From Lingula anatina (Eukaryota > Animalia > Brachiopoda): 64,000 bases of DNA. Below are positions 11,101-31,400 of this stretch, piece by piece; position 1 is the first letter of the stretch; every line of letters begins with the position of its first letter. The stretch covers positions 23,484,225-23,548,224 of the forward strand of contig CM120640.1 of NCBI GenBank assembly GCA_051362555.1. Reading direction: 5' to 3'. Both the position numbers and the translations under genes were made by a program. A model generated the notes under the pieces. It was not told the DNA's origin and ran no database searches. It saw nothing but the letters and a program-made list of their open reading frames with translations.

Positions 11101-14100
11101 TTGCATCTATAACTTATAAGAAAAAAGATAGCAGTGATTCTGATTGTATTGTTTCAGTTGATGCGCAGGAATTCTGCAAGTCTCACCAGGGCACCTTTGC
11201 TCACCCAACCTGTGGGAAGTATGTGGTCTGTAATGGTGGTTATGCCTGGGAGTTGACCTGCTCTCACGGACTGGTCTTCAAGGAGTCCACAGGCAGCTGT
11301 GACTTCGGAACATGTGACCCTGTTGGTCAGTCTCCCAACCCAGATAAAGAGAGTGTTCAGGTGACATTGCCCAAAGAGTCAACAAATGCCCAGACAACAT
11401 ACAGACAGGAGACGCTATCTGGCAGCAGTGATGATGGTGAAAGAAAGTCTGGTTTGTAGATTGTTCTTTGGGGTTATGTCATATACTGCAGTCTTATTAA
11501 TACATTAAATTATGTATGAGTGGTCAAGATAGAAGTCTTTTGTATAAAAAAAATTCTCATTTCTTTGAATTGGATGCATAATGGTTAAAACACACATTAA
11601 AACATTTATGTTATTAGGCAGACATATTAAGTCTGCATGCCATATATAATGGTAAAAACACACCATAAAACATTTGTGTTAATTATTAGCCAAACAAAAT
11701 GAGTATGCATGCCATCAGCAGTTCACCAAACTTCAAATGTGCAGACAGTCAAAATTTCCTGGAAGATTTTTTATGATGTAAATTGGATTATTTGACTTAT
11801 AAATTGTCTTTGAAATATTCTTCATGAACTGTCCACATAGATGACTGGATTCAATGCTGGCAATTGATCAATCTTTTTACATGTATAATTCTATATGCTT
11901 GTGTAGAGATAAATGTTTCCTTTTGTCCAGATGTCCCTAGTATAGAAGAGGAGCTGCCAAATGCAATACAGCGTGCTATGAAAAGCCTGACACAGTCGCT
12001 CAGGAGAGAGGCACAAATGGCAAGAGATATTGAAAGTAAGGAAATAGAGATGCTGCCTTTATTTATGTGCATTATTTTTGGTTAAGTTAATTAACTTAAA
12101 CCTTACTACAAGTTGGGTCCAAATTAAGCCTTAGTGAAGATGAGCCCAGATTTTTCATATTTTGCCAAATTTTTGTTTCCCCACCTCTCTTCATTCAACC
12201 TGTCACTACAAACTCATTCCCTGCATTCATTACATCTAGCATTGACACAAATAAAAAAAAAAAGCCATAATTGTATATGAGATGTTAGGGAGGAGTGTCC
12301 CAAGCTGTGCCAATATGTCTCGTTACATGTTACCATGTGCTACCTAGACCAGCTGAGCTGAGGACCTCCCACAGTAATGCTAGCCACATATATGTTCACT
12401 ATGTAATGTAACACATTGCCAGCCCAATGTGATCTTACAGAATAAGGGAAAATATGAATATGTTAATTGTTATGTAGCTTTTTGGACAAATAGTAAGTCA
12501 ACAGGTAGTCAGTAGTTAATGAGATCCTTTTAGGCATTTGGTATTGAAATTAAAAAATTAGTAAAAATCATAAATTAAAATGATATTGAAATCAATAAAA
12601 AAAGTGATGTCACACAAACAAATATTTTTGACATTAAAATGAAAATGATGAAACATTTAAATGTTAATGCATTTATCTATTTTGCCTGCTTAAACAATTG
12701 CCACTTGAAATATAAGATTTATAATTGTTTTCTGGTGCAGATAACAACAGACATCAGTATCGTCCGTTTGGGGTTGTTCAGGGGTTCCTGCGTGCCAAGC
12801 CTTTTGCGAAGAAATTGTCTCTTCCTGCTTTTGTCCTGTGCAATGCCTCAGCTTACCTTATCTCCAGGTAATGGCTGTGTGATTTATGTACAGTGTTTGT
12901 GGATAGTGGGAAACTGATTATTTTTGCTATAAAAACTTGATTTCAAGACTCTAATACAAATTTCGCAGCTCATTGGGCCTAATTTTATTCTACAAATAAA
13001 ATTTACTGTAATTTTTGGTTAATTAAGTAAGTTTAGATTAACAGCACCTAATTTGTAAGGTCATTCTCTTTCATTTAGAACCTGAAATATAGTCACTTTG
13101 TGCAGTCTATTAAAATTAACAAATGCATTATTTCAAAATTAATTTCAGGTTTGGAATTGACAACCACGAATCTGAGACATATTTCCGCTCTATTCCATCA
13201 CCCATTCCGGAAAACCCTTATTTCCTCAACCCAGATGATCCTTACCCGACCCCAGAACCTGGCACCTGTCCCTGGCCAAGGTAGGTGAACACAAGTATGT
13301 GGCCTAGCTGGCACCTTTCCCTGGCCAATGTACAGGTAGTTAAATGTGTAACCTGGCACCTGTCCCTGGATGAGGTAAGTTAAATATAAGAGCAAAGCCA
13401 TTTCATGGTAAATACACATGAAGGTATGTAGACTGTACTCACTAAGGCCAGATACATCTTCAGCCAAAATTAAAGGACATATGCTGTCACAAATAAGACA
13501 GTGGTTATAATTTAACATCAAAATTTTGATTTATATCTCCTCCATACAGTTGCTGTCTCAAATATGACAGTGGTTATAATTTAACATCAACATGGGTATT
13601 GTAAAAGCCACTGGTTTCAGTCCATTACTGGTCCATATGCCTCCTTGATTCCAGGTACACTTGCCCAGCTCAGATGGAGTACAGAACATTTGATGGCTCC
13701 TGTAACAACCTTCAGAATCCCATAATAGGGAGATCATTCACACCACTGAAACGACTCTTATACCCTGACTATGGCAATGGTAAGCACACCTAATCACTAC
13801 ATAGTATTTTACCTTTGCACTTTTGTTAGTATGATAAAGTAAGACTTTTCAGTAAGACTTAAGTAATTTAATTTAAGTAGTTCGAGGTTTGAATGGCATT
13901 TTAGCAGCATTTATGACTTATTGGCCATTTTTACATTAAATAGGTTACAAAAAAAATTAATAAATAAATAAATAAAAAAAATAATAATAAAAAGAAAATG
14001 AACTGTTTTGAATGATGACCAATAGCTTTTAAATAAAAAAAATCTGTTACTTGTAGGTGTGGGTAGCCCCAGGTTGTCTAGAAGTCGTCTTAAGCTTCCC

Positions 14101-17100
14101 AGTCCAAGAAAAGTGAGTATGGCCCTTCACCCAGACCAAGATGTTCCCAATCAAATCCACACACTCATGGTGATGCAGTTTGGTCAGACACTTGACCATG
14201 ACCTCTCACTAACAGCTATATCCAAACTGGCCAAAGATTCCAGTGGTAAGACTGTTTTTTCTGAAGGTGTCTTTGAAAACTCCTTCATTTTGATATATAT
14301 CATTTTTCTATATTTCTTATAAACTTAAAACTTGCTGTTCAAAAATAATGATTGTTATTCATAACATATTATACAAATTTATATATTCCTTAATGTAGTA
14401 AAATGATTGTTAACATTTTGTAAAAAATGATTATAGCTCTGTGACTATTAAGCAATACAGGTCCAAAACAGGAGGTTAGATAGTAACTAGCCAAAACACA
14501 CCCTTTGGCCCTTCCATCATTGTAACTGTAACAAATATGTGGTCATTACGGACATGAAATGTGCCTCATCTGCTTCATATAAGCCACAGCCATGCATGTC
14601 AAAAATAGTTCACCTACACAAGATGTTGAAACCATCGCTATTTGACATTTTTCACAGATGCTCATAGCAGTGGCAAAATGACCCAAAACTTTGACTGTTT
14701 TTCATAGTGGGAATGAAAGAAAGTGGTTTAGAAAAACCAGTACATCCTTTCTATTGGAGTTATTTGTGCCTGTATATTGTCACCTTTACCTTTTTATGTG
14801 ACACTTGAAACAAAACAGCGTAAGTTACCTTAGTTGCATTGTCTTAATTTTTCTTAAGGCAGAGCCACAGAGACAGTGAACATAGAATGTGGATCAGATG
14901 GATGTGATACTTCCATCCCTCAGTGTCTCCCTATTCCTGTACCACCCAATGATAAAGTCTTCTCCAATAAAAAATGCCTGGAGTTTGTGCGTTCAGAGGA
15001 AGTACCAGGATTGGATTGCGGAGTTGGTAAGGTTTGGTTTTGCAGGAAAAGCAACTCATTTAAGATCAGTAAAATGCTTTTTGGGCATGTTATAAAGTTT
15101 TTGGATATTCATTTCCCGTGCAAATTGTGTCAACTTACATACAAAATATTGACATGAAAATAAAGAACTTTCTCATGTTGAATGATATTTTCTGTTATAG
15201 GTCCCAGGCAACAGCTGAATCAAATCACATCCTTTCTAGATGCCTCAAATGTGTATGGCTCTACTAAAGAAGAAGCAGACACCCTAAGGGACATATCTGA
15301 TCCAGGTAAGTAACAACAGACTGCACTGTCAAGTAATGGTACAGTCACTTTTAAAACTCAGATGTTGTAATACAAAACATAATACGCATTGTTATTAATA
15401 GTCACTTTTAAAACTCAGATGTTGTAATACAAAACATAATATGCATTGTGATTAATAGTCACTTTTAAAACTCAGATGTTGTAATACAAACATAATATGC
15501 ATTGTTAATAATATATTTTTGGAATTAAAATCCCTTCTCTGCTGTTTTTCAAAGCCCGTGGCAGGTTAAAAATCACCCACAACCCTAATGGTGGAAAATA
15601 CAAGCCCTTGTTACCTGAAACCACAGACAGAACATTCTGCATGGATCTAGATAAGAAAAGACACAGCTGCTTCAGGGCTGGTAAGTTTAACAGGTTGCTT
15701 CCACATTATCAAAAATTGATCTATAAAGTTAATTAGCAGATGGATCAGACCAAGACTAGTGTAAAACCAGAATTGGACTTCTGTCTTTATATATCCTTAT
15801 AGACTAATCAGCTATTGTAAAACTGAGGCATCTTTGGTATCCCATTCAACCTCAAGATTTTTAAATTTTTGGCTCATTGGTACATGTATAAGTCTAATCC
15901 AAGACCCATTTGTTATTTATGAACAGCACTGTGGCAATGACAATGAGCAGTCTCATCCAAGCACAATCAGTGCCCTCATCACAATACAAAGACTATGCAA
16001 ATGACACATAGCACTTTTGTATCTAGTCTTTTTGTATTTATTTTAGGCGATGAGCGTGCAAATGAGCATGCTGGTTTGGCTTCAATGCACACACTATGGA
16101 TGAGAGAACATAATCGTATTGAACAAAAACTTCATGAGATCAACCCCCAGTGGCAAGGGGAGAAACTGTATCAAGAAACCAGGAAGATCATTGGTGCCAT
16201 GATGCAACATATAACTTACAATGAATTCTTGCCAGTAGTAATGGGCACTCAAAAACTCGCACAGTATGACCTGGAAGTTAAGAAGTCTGGTTATTACAGA
16301 GGTTGGTCAGATATTTCCATTCATCATGTTGTTTTGTCACAATACAAAATAATGTATCTAGTCATGGAAATTGAAGAAAAAATAGAGAATTTATACTAGA
16401 TATTGCAAATAGGACACAATGACATTTTTGAACAGTTTGACAGCATCTGTGATGGTGTTTTAGATACAATGCCTTTTGTTTCTATTAAAACAATTTGTAA
16501 AGTATTGATAATATAAAAGAATCATTTGAACCTACCTTTCATATCATGAGTATATACAAATATTAATACCACCCTAATCTTTAACTGCATATTCTAATCT
16601 TCTTGCAAAGGTTATAATGCCAATGTAGATCCAAGAATTTCTAATGCATTTGCCACTGCTGCATTCCGCTTTGGCCACACCTTAATTCAGCCAAAATTAA
16701 CAAGACCCAGGGCAGACTTCACAAAGAGACCAGATGGTGATATGCCCCTCAGTAAGGTACAAGTTATGATAGCGAGTGTGCGCTTTAATTGTATGATTTA
16801 ACAATTCACACCACTGATCCAAATAATTTCTTTTTTTAATGGAATATTAATTTACAGACTTACTACACAGCAGTTGTTTATAATGATTTGTTTCATCAAA
16901 ATATCTATTAGTGCAGTAAAATCATCCCAAATATTGTCAGTGGTTTCTTTACCTTGTCATAAACCTGTTTGTCATTTCTTTACAGACCTTCTTCCGCAGT
17001 GACCCTGTTTATGACAGCAAATACGATGGTGTTGATGGTATAATGAGAGGAATGTGTGAATCAAGCATGCAAAATTTTGACAGGTTTGTTACCAAAGAGG

Positions 17101-18905
17101 TGACAGAACATCTTTTCAGTGAGAATCCCCCTGACGGACCTGGGACAGACCTTTTATCCCTGAACTTACAGCGGGGTAGAGAACATGGCATCCCTGGTAA
17201 GATAACTGGAGAAGTTTTTTCTTAAATTGTCATGTTATTATTTTCTTCACTTAATCACAAAAATTTCTGGATAAATGACCTTTCAAAAAAGCTCCAGACT
17301 GAGTTATATATGTATACATATATTGCAAGACGTGAAATGCAGAATAAATGAGAGATCAGGTCCAAGAAGTGAATGCTTCACTGAACATTGTCTGTCATTG
17401 GAAACCATAATTTTTTATTCAGGCTACAACATATGGAGAGAGTTCTGCGGTCTTGGGAGAGCTTCCACATTCAATGACTTAGCCAATACCATCAAAAAAC
17501 GAGAAATTATCACTAAGCTAGAGCAGACATACGAGTAGGTATCAAAACACTGTGTTACCTGGATAGAAAGGGTAAAACTGCCATCACAATACATGTACCT
17601 TAATATTAGATGGGATTTTTTTTGTAATCATTTACAAGGCTACATACATTTTATAATTTAACAACAAGCTTTCAAATGCACCAAATTCTTAACATTATAA
17701 AGAAAACATTTCCTATCAGATACCAGTATATACGACTGCAATAAATAAAAACAAGATCCATTCAAATAATTTTAATTTAAAAATGTCTTAACATGCTCAA
17801 TAAATCCTGTGTCAGGTAGATCTACATTTAGACGATAGTCATAAAGGGTACAGTATTTTCCTGATTTACGGTCTGTATTTATGTACATGTATTTTAGCCA
17901 TGTTGATGACATAGACCTGTTCACTGGAGGGTTGTCTGAGGACAATGTAGAAGGGGGGTTGATTGGACCAGTGTTTGCTTGTATCATTGGAGATCAATTC
18001 CGCAGGCTAAGGCAGGGTGACAGGTTCTGGTATGAGAACAAAAACCCAACCCATTTCACCCCAGGTATTTCCACTTATATTATGTCTGTAGGCCTTGTTT
18101 GTATGATATCATTCTTTAATATTGAACCTTTGGAGATCAAAATGGATAGCGACAAAGTCTTTGAAAATAGTGTGAAAATGTTTTGACAAAATTGCAGAAT
18201 GCAATCATTTTTTCCTTGACAAATAATTAACCTTCTTTGAGGTGTGGTACTTTTCTTATAGATTTAAGAGGTCATGCCAAGAATCATATATAAAACGGAT
18301 GGAATGAGACTAAAAAGTTACAAGAGTCAAACTAACAGGAAGTCATTCCTTTTTTCTAGGTCAATTAAAAGAGCTGAAAAAGGTCACTTTAGCTCGTGTG
18401 TTATGCAACAACCTGGACCAAGTGGTCACCATGCAGCCTTGGGTGATGATGCAACCTTTCAGGAAAACTTTTCCTCAGAAAGTGTAAGTTCACATTTCAT
18501 GAATGTATTTAAATATCAAAATGAAATAAATGCCACCTGTGTGAATTTTTTTTCAATTTAATAAAAAGTTTATTTATTATGTTTAAAAAGAACAGATTAA
18601 ATAAATAAATAACTGGCAAGTTATTGTTATGCCATATACCTAGGACCCAGTAAACACTTGTCAATGGGTCTAAGGACATGCTATTTTGCAGAATAAGGCA
18701 TTTCTTTTAAATTTAATTCACATTCAACAGCTTCAACATTTAAGTTGATATGTTATTCTTCACATATTTTAGATATGATCAAAAGAGTGGGTTGACCATA
18801 GATTGGTTCAACAGGCTGTGGGACATGGACTTCAATGCACGAGTGTCTTGCTCCTCTATTGATGATGTAGATTTAACCAAATGGAAAGATAAGGTCTACA
18901 GCTAA
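8153..18905 (+). CDS. Secreted animal heme peroxidase (peroxidase-cyclooxygenase superfamily, chorion peroxidase/peroxinectin-like) with two N-terminal CBM14 chitin-binding domains
   Basis: About 21 exons: 8153-8172, 8990-9087 (signal peptide, RIRR), 9571-9750 (CBM14-1), 10437-10523, 10857-11003, 11158-~11436 (CBM14-2), 11931-12035, 12741-12867, 13149-13280, 13655-13779 (YRTFDGSCNNL), 14058-~14246 (QFGQTLDHDL, distal His), ~14860-15026, 15201-~15305 (QITSFLDASNVYGS), ~15555-15680, ~16047-16301 (GDERANEH), 16611-16756 (AAFRFGHT, proximal His), 16986-~17196 (DLLSLNLQRGREHG), ~17423-17534, ~17898-18064 (GDRFWYEN), ~18360-18482, ~18773-18905 (stop TAA). Confidence 0.92.
15342..15510. repeat. Intronic tandem repeat, 3 x ~57 bp
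   Basis: agtcacttttaaaactcagatgttgtaatacaaaacataat(a/g)cgcattg-type unit repeated three times. Confidence 0.9.
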
Positions 18906-19126
18906 GGATGTACTATTGCCTCATTCTGTAATCTCAGTTAATTCAAAAGTATACATATCTCACTCACTCATAGTTTTGCAGTAATTTAAATACTTTGTCA
19001 TGGGATTATATAGTGTATAATTCAGTTCACGTAATATATTGTACACATTTTCCTACATAATTATATACATTTGTCTTTGTTTGCCAAATTAAGTGCATTC
19101 CTTTCAAAATTGATTTTGACACTTAA

Positions 19127-19463
19127 AGGGATAATTACTCTTCGTATGATATCTATATTTCACAATAAAAACATTGTGAACAACTCGTAGAAATATAATA
19201 TATTCTGTTTTACCACAAAAACGGCAGTTATAGCTATTATTCTGATATCTGAGCTTGTCTTCAGACCACGTGACCTCCATTGATGGCTGTACTCAGTTAT
19301 AATCTCTTAAGAGATTTTAACAAAAAACCAAACTTTTTAGAAAAAAACCAGGGACTAACTTTGAATGTAAAAATGGATTCATTAACCATTGGCAAGTATG
19401 GAAAAATTGTTGTTTACTCCAAGAAAATTCATTTTTTGGCCAAAACGAAGAGTTATTATCCCT
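19127..19463. mobile_element. Non-autonomous TTAA-targeting element (Kolobok-like MITE, 337 bp)
   Basis: TTAA|agggataattactcttcgt ... acgaagagttattatccct|TTAA: 19-bp TIR with one mismatch, TTAA duplication, and RR...YY termini as in Kolobok. Confidence 0.8.
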
Positions 19464-20425
19464 TTAAATAAGTATGTGCTGAAATATGAATAAAGAAGCA
19501 AAATACGATACTATCAATTCATGTATGTGTGTATTATAACACATATTGCATTATCAAAAATTCAATAAACCATGAACGAAATGCAAGCTTCCATTTAAGG
19601 ACAACTTTTAAGTACAACTTTAATACACAAATATATCAACCATTTTCCATGAATGTGTTAGAAAATCAGACATGTCAAAAAGTGATATGTGATTCACTGC
19701 ATTACTTTCACTAATAATGCTCAGAAAAAATGTTACCAAGCAGGTAATTTACTTACAACTTAGTATTTAGTTTGGTTACTATCCAGTGTAGCCATATCTG
19801 TTCTGCTCTATTGTTTGCCAATGCCTGTTCAATGTACTAGTGTTAAATAAGTGCATTAAATGTTTTACTTACAATATTTTACTTTTTGTTGTGTATATCT
19901 CCTTACTTAACTGGAGCAATAATCAGAATTATGATAGACTACAAGATAAAGTAAAATTTATTCCACTTTATTGTACAACACTTCATCATAGTACACACAT
20001 AAACATAATTATGTGATTTTAAGTTGTTGCCTAACAGACCACTTGACCTCATATTTATCCAGTAATGCACTAGGAAGGTAAGAGTCAAAACTGTACTATC
20101 CAGGTTTGGCAGTGGATCCCAGAACCACGATTCTGACAATATCTTAAAGTATAACAACCGGGAAAAGAGAATTCTCTCATACTTTTCACTTTTCTACTCC
20201 AGAAACCCACCCAAGATATTCACTGACCTTTAAAACTCTTTGCTGGTTGCCTGATCATGGGTAGCAATTTAACCCAATAATAAATCAATCAGCAGCTAAC
20301 AATGGTTAAGTGTAACATGTGAATTCCCTTCACTTCACAGCTTTATTGTCATGAACACCTTCACGCTAAACACTTCATAGAAAGAAAGTTTCCCAATAGG
20401 GGTTGTTAATTGTTTGATTTTATTT

Positions 20426-26378
<5,953 letters not shown>

Positions 26379-26760
26379 ATTTTATCGTGTTGAACATGCA
26401 CAAGTCACCGGCAAGTTGTAGCTATCTATCCGAAAGCGGTAATCTACTGAAACCGATGCTTCTTTGCGGTGACTTCCGGTTGTTAAAACTTTAGGATTGA
26501 ATGTCAGTGTACTGCGGAACAACCAAAATACCTAACAGCTATAACACCTATATTTCATAAAGTAAATTATTCATAGAGCCATATTCCTCTCTTTTTAATT
26601 TGAAAAGCCATTTTTGAGAAAATTTAGATAAAAAGTGTTAATTTTACTTCCATAAAACTGCATCCATGCTTTAATGTATTCCATATCCGGTCGTTGGCAA
26701 GTGTGTTGCTAACCAGCCATCTTGACACACTTTCTACTGTAAACAGGTGCGAGGTTAAAA
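26379..26760. promoter_or_regulatory. Bidirectional promoter HMGXB4/DNAAF1
   Basis: Divergent start codons ~690 bp apart, local CpG enrichment, ETS-type acttccggt at ~26472 and YY1-type cagccatctt at ~26714. Confidence 0.6.
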
Positions 26761-27070
26761 TCTTTACAGGTATTCGTGCCAAAATTGAATTTCGAGCAGC
26801 AATAGGACCCTCACTAGTTAAAGGTATTTTGCAAATACTGTTTTGGCATTCTTTAACGAAGTCTTACTCATTCCTATAAGTCAAAGTTATGCTTACGATT
26901 AAAAACTTAACTGGAACAGTACAAATGTTGAATTGTGTGTACACGTAGAATTATCTAGAAAGCAAAACCGCCTTCAACAATTTTTCGCTATTTTATTTAT
27001 TTTTATTTTTGTGCATTTAATCTAGCTCTTACTAGATCTTCCTCATTATCTTTTTTGTAGTGCGGTAATC

Positions 27071-28381
27071 ATGCCACTCATAGAGGAAATCGGTGATGAT
27101 GAACCAATATGTGTAGATGAGGGAAATAAGATTGAAATTAAGGACATCCAAGGGGAGGATGAAATTATGCAAGAAAAACTCAAGGAAGAAGGGGAGGAAG
27201 ACAATAAAGTTAAAGAAAAAAGAGAAGAGGAATCTCAAGCAGGTAAACAGTTATACGAATTGACAATTCTTATTTTATTTATTTATTTATTGACTAAATT
27301 AGAGTCCTTTTATACAACTGTGAGCACAATACCGAAATTAACTGATCAGTGCCTCAAATTCAAAGTTTTTTTCTGAAAATGAATCAATGGAGTTTATGCA
27401 TTTCAGAGAGTGTGAGCCAAAAGGATGCAGACACAGAAAAAAAGGAAGAGGAAAAAGACAAATGGCCAAGGTAGGATTATGCATCTTTGTTTTTTTCTCA
27501 CTTCAGTCATCTGTTAAATGTTAAAAATGTTAAGTGTATGATAAGTTAAATGCATAATCTTATGTCAATACTGAATTATCAAAAATGACATTTGTAACTT
27601 TGATGTGTTCTCTTCTTAAAGAAATTGGCTATTCACTGATGTTCGCTGTGTTTATCTGAAATATTTCTATCAGTATTTAGTTGATATCCTGCCCTAGACT
27701 GAATAGTCAGACTCTAGCAGTATTAGTTATGTCTTTTATAAACACTTAAGCTGGATTCTTAATGGAATAGGTAAAGTTGACTTGGAGAACTATCTTCAGT
27801 TATGCCTAGCTGTAAGTTGAAACCTCTCTCAATATTCCAATAACTGTCCCTTCAACTATATACTTGTGTAAACAGTACAATGAGTTTCTCTGTTGACTCA
27901 TAATGTTATCTGGTAAATTAGCTCTACCTAACCCTAGCCTGGTATCCATCAATTCCATCATTTCTGACACAGTTTCAAGCATATGCATTTTTGTCATTGA
28001 TTTCCACACTCGATTTATACAGATAATACAGAAAAATAAAACCTAGTGCTAGAAGTCTAAAAATTAGACAAGTCCTGCTCCTGCCTTATGGGAATGACTA
28101 GCATCTGAAACTGTGTGGCTTATAAGGTTGGCAGCAGTTACATAAAATGTCTATTATTTTGTTTATTTACTTTTAATTTAGATTGAATAAGAAGATGCTA
28201 AGGGATCATTGTAAAGCACTGAAACTCTATCTTACACCTGAACTCAATGATGTTCTCTACTTACATTATAAAGGTAGGTCTTAAAAGTAATTTTACAAGT
28301 TTGAATACTTGCTTATTATATAGTGGTTTTTAGAATATCATTGTCTAATTTGTTTATTACTGAGTAGTCGGATTTTGATTT

Positions 28382-28472
<91 letters not shown>

Positions 28473-31400
28473 AAAAATTACTTGGGCAGAGAGCAAATAT
28501 TTAAAGACTAGCACATCTACAGACTGATATCCTTCATTTTGTAGGCAGTGCATGAACATTTGTCCTATTTATGATTATAGGTATCTTCAAAATTGAGTCC
28601 CTTGAGGAGTACACAGGCCTTAAATGTCTGTGGCTAGAGTCCAATGGAATAAGTAAGATCGAAAACCTTGACCACCAAAAGGAGCTGAGGTGCTTGTACC
28701 TACATCAAAACCTGATCAAGAAAATTGAAAATCTCGAGCCATTGCAGAACCTTGCCACTCTGAACCTTAGCAACAACCTGATCAGCAAAATTGAAAACCT
28801 CTGTGAGTGTATGCTTTTAATTTAATTTATAGCAGCATGCAACCATGATAGGATATGTGGAAGTGATACTACATGTAAAACAATTGACAGCGTATAAAAG
28901 GTGACACATAATGTCAGAAAGAAGTTTTAAGAAAAAAATGATATGTAAATAACAGCATCTATAAGCTGGAATAGTGGAAATTGATATTTTGTCAATAAGG
29001 AATTTTGTCACTTATTATACTAGTTTTTATGTATATTCACTTTAAATTGATTTATTATTGAAGCAATGTTTTATTTACTCAGCTTGCCTGCCACACCTGG
29101 GCACTCTGCTAATCAGCCACAACAAACTGACAACAGCAGAAGACCTGGAACATTTGGTCGAGTGTGACGCCATCAGCAATCTGGACTTGTCCCATAACAA
29201 AATTGAAGATCCTGCCTTCTTAAAAGTGCTGGTTCAAATGAAAAGCCTTAGGGTACTCAACATGATGGGTAACCCAGTGATAAGGAAGATAGAGCACTAC
29301 AGAAAGACTGTAATTGCAACACTAAAGGAGTTGACGTACCTGGATGACCGGCCTGTGTTTCCCAAGGAACGGGCATGTGTGGAGGCATGGGCTGTAGGGG
29401 GAAGGGAGGCTGAGAAAGCAGAGCGGGATAGATGGGTTGCGGAAGAGAGGAAGAAAATCTCTGACAATGTTGATGGTAAGTGTGATATTAAATAAATTGA
29501 TAACTTTGAATAGAAAACCAATTCCCAATGTACATTTTGGAGTTGTTATACAATGAAGACAAAATTATGGTCCACCCTACAGAGGAAAATATTTTACAAC
29601 TGAACATATGCTAACTTGTTTTGAGTTGTGATCATAATTTATTATTTATCAATTCACAGCTATGATGGATATCAGAAAAAAAGCAGTGGCAAAAAGACTG
29701 GAGAAGGAAGTTCGTGACAAATTAGTGGCTGAAGGGAAAAGTATAGATAATGTGAAGATGGAATGTGACTTGGACTCTATTGACTGGCTGTACGGATCAG
29801 GAAATGTTACTGTTACTAGGGAAGATGGCACACAGGAGACCATCAACATTAATAGGGTAAACACGAGTTCACTGCTTTAAATTAAGGCATTTATTTGATC
29901 TAATACTACTAATATGTAATTTAAATGAAAAAAATGTATGTTTATACACGTACATTTTGCTGGAAAATGGCTTATCCTTTTTAATTGATATTTGTTGTAA
30001 TAAACAATGATTTATGTTATTATTATTAATCATTTTGGTTTCAGAACCCTCCAGAAGATGCTTCTGAGGAACCTGCGGTCAAAGAAACAAAGCAGAATGA
30101 CATATTTGGGGTTTGTAAATTGGTTACAATTTTTTTGAATATGAAATTGAAATTCTACTTGTAAAAGCATGTAATTTTTTTTTAGAGAATGAAAAAATTC
30201 AAAAATTTTTTAATTCAAAAATCTTCATTTGGTATCACATGGGAGTAGTGAAATGGTTTTATACCAGATTTGTTTCTATAATTTACTTATGTACTTCAGC
30301 AAGGTGATGAGGAGACCAAGACTGAGACAGAAAATGCAAAGAACATTCAGTGCTCAGCAGCTAGAGAATCACAGGCAAACCAGTCTGAATCGGGCCATCT
30401 GCAAATATCAGAAGAACCAGAAGAAATTCCTTTTATCAGACCAAAGAATATAGAGGAAACAGGCTCCATATTCACACGCGAAAAACAAAGTTCCAATGAG
30501 AATTCCACCAATATGTTCATTGAGGAGATAGTTTCAGGTTTGTCATGTTTATGAGCATTAGCTCTGTTTTAGGAATGTATTGAAAATTATAAAAAATATA
30601 TTTATATGAAACCGCAGTGTAATGTGAAATTAGTCATATTATTGTATACATGTTTGTTATTTTAGAATGTTGTTAGATTTAGTAGCGGTATCCTTTCTTA
30701 TTGTAGATAACCTTCATGCTAATTTTTATGTTTTTCTGTTGCTATTGTTTATTCTCTCTGTTTACAATAGGTTGTGTTGCTGAACAACCAGAACCAAAGA
30801 AGAAGACACTGATAACAGAGCTTCCAGATGAGGATTCTATAGAAACACTTAATATTGCAGGGGACTTTGAGATGGAGGTAAAACAAATATTTTATCCTAT
30901 TATCTTTGATATTATTTTAGATACAAAATGCAGACATCACTAAATATCTAACCAGCTAGTTAATAGGTTTTTTTGTTCTTATTCTATAACAGAAGGATAG
31001 ACATTCATTTCTAGTTTTTAAATAAATCCTGATACACATGTATTAAGATAAATGCCTTCATTGACATAGTTTCAGACTGGATATTTGCAACTTGACAAAG
31101 TTAAAATTTTTGGTTATGAGACCAAACAGCACTTTGGTATGTGTCATGATATTTCTTGCATTTCTTTTTTTATCGTTTGTAGGATATTCCAGATCTAGAA
31201 GATGTTGATGAAACAGGTGAACCAATCCTAACAGATAAAGAGGTACGAGTACTTACAAGGTGTTTGTTTTTCTATAAGTGATCTAAATTTTGCATTGGTT
31301 AAGTTTTAGCTTCAATGATGAAATGTTATTATTTTGATCATGTGTTTGAAGATAGAATCCCTTTTTCACAATTTTGTATTTTTTAAAGGAAACTGTTTAC

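Noticed and set aside
13484-13590. 39-bp direct repeat in a peroxidase intron
   Set aside because: Real, but looks like an ordinary local duplication with no coding or splice relevance.
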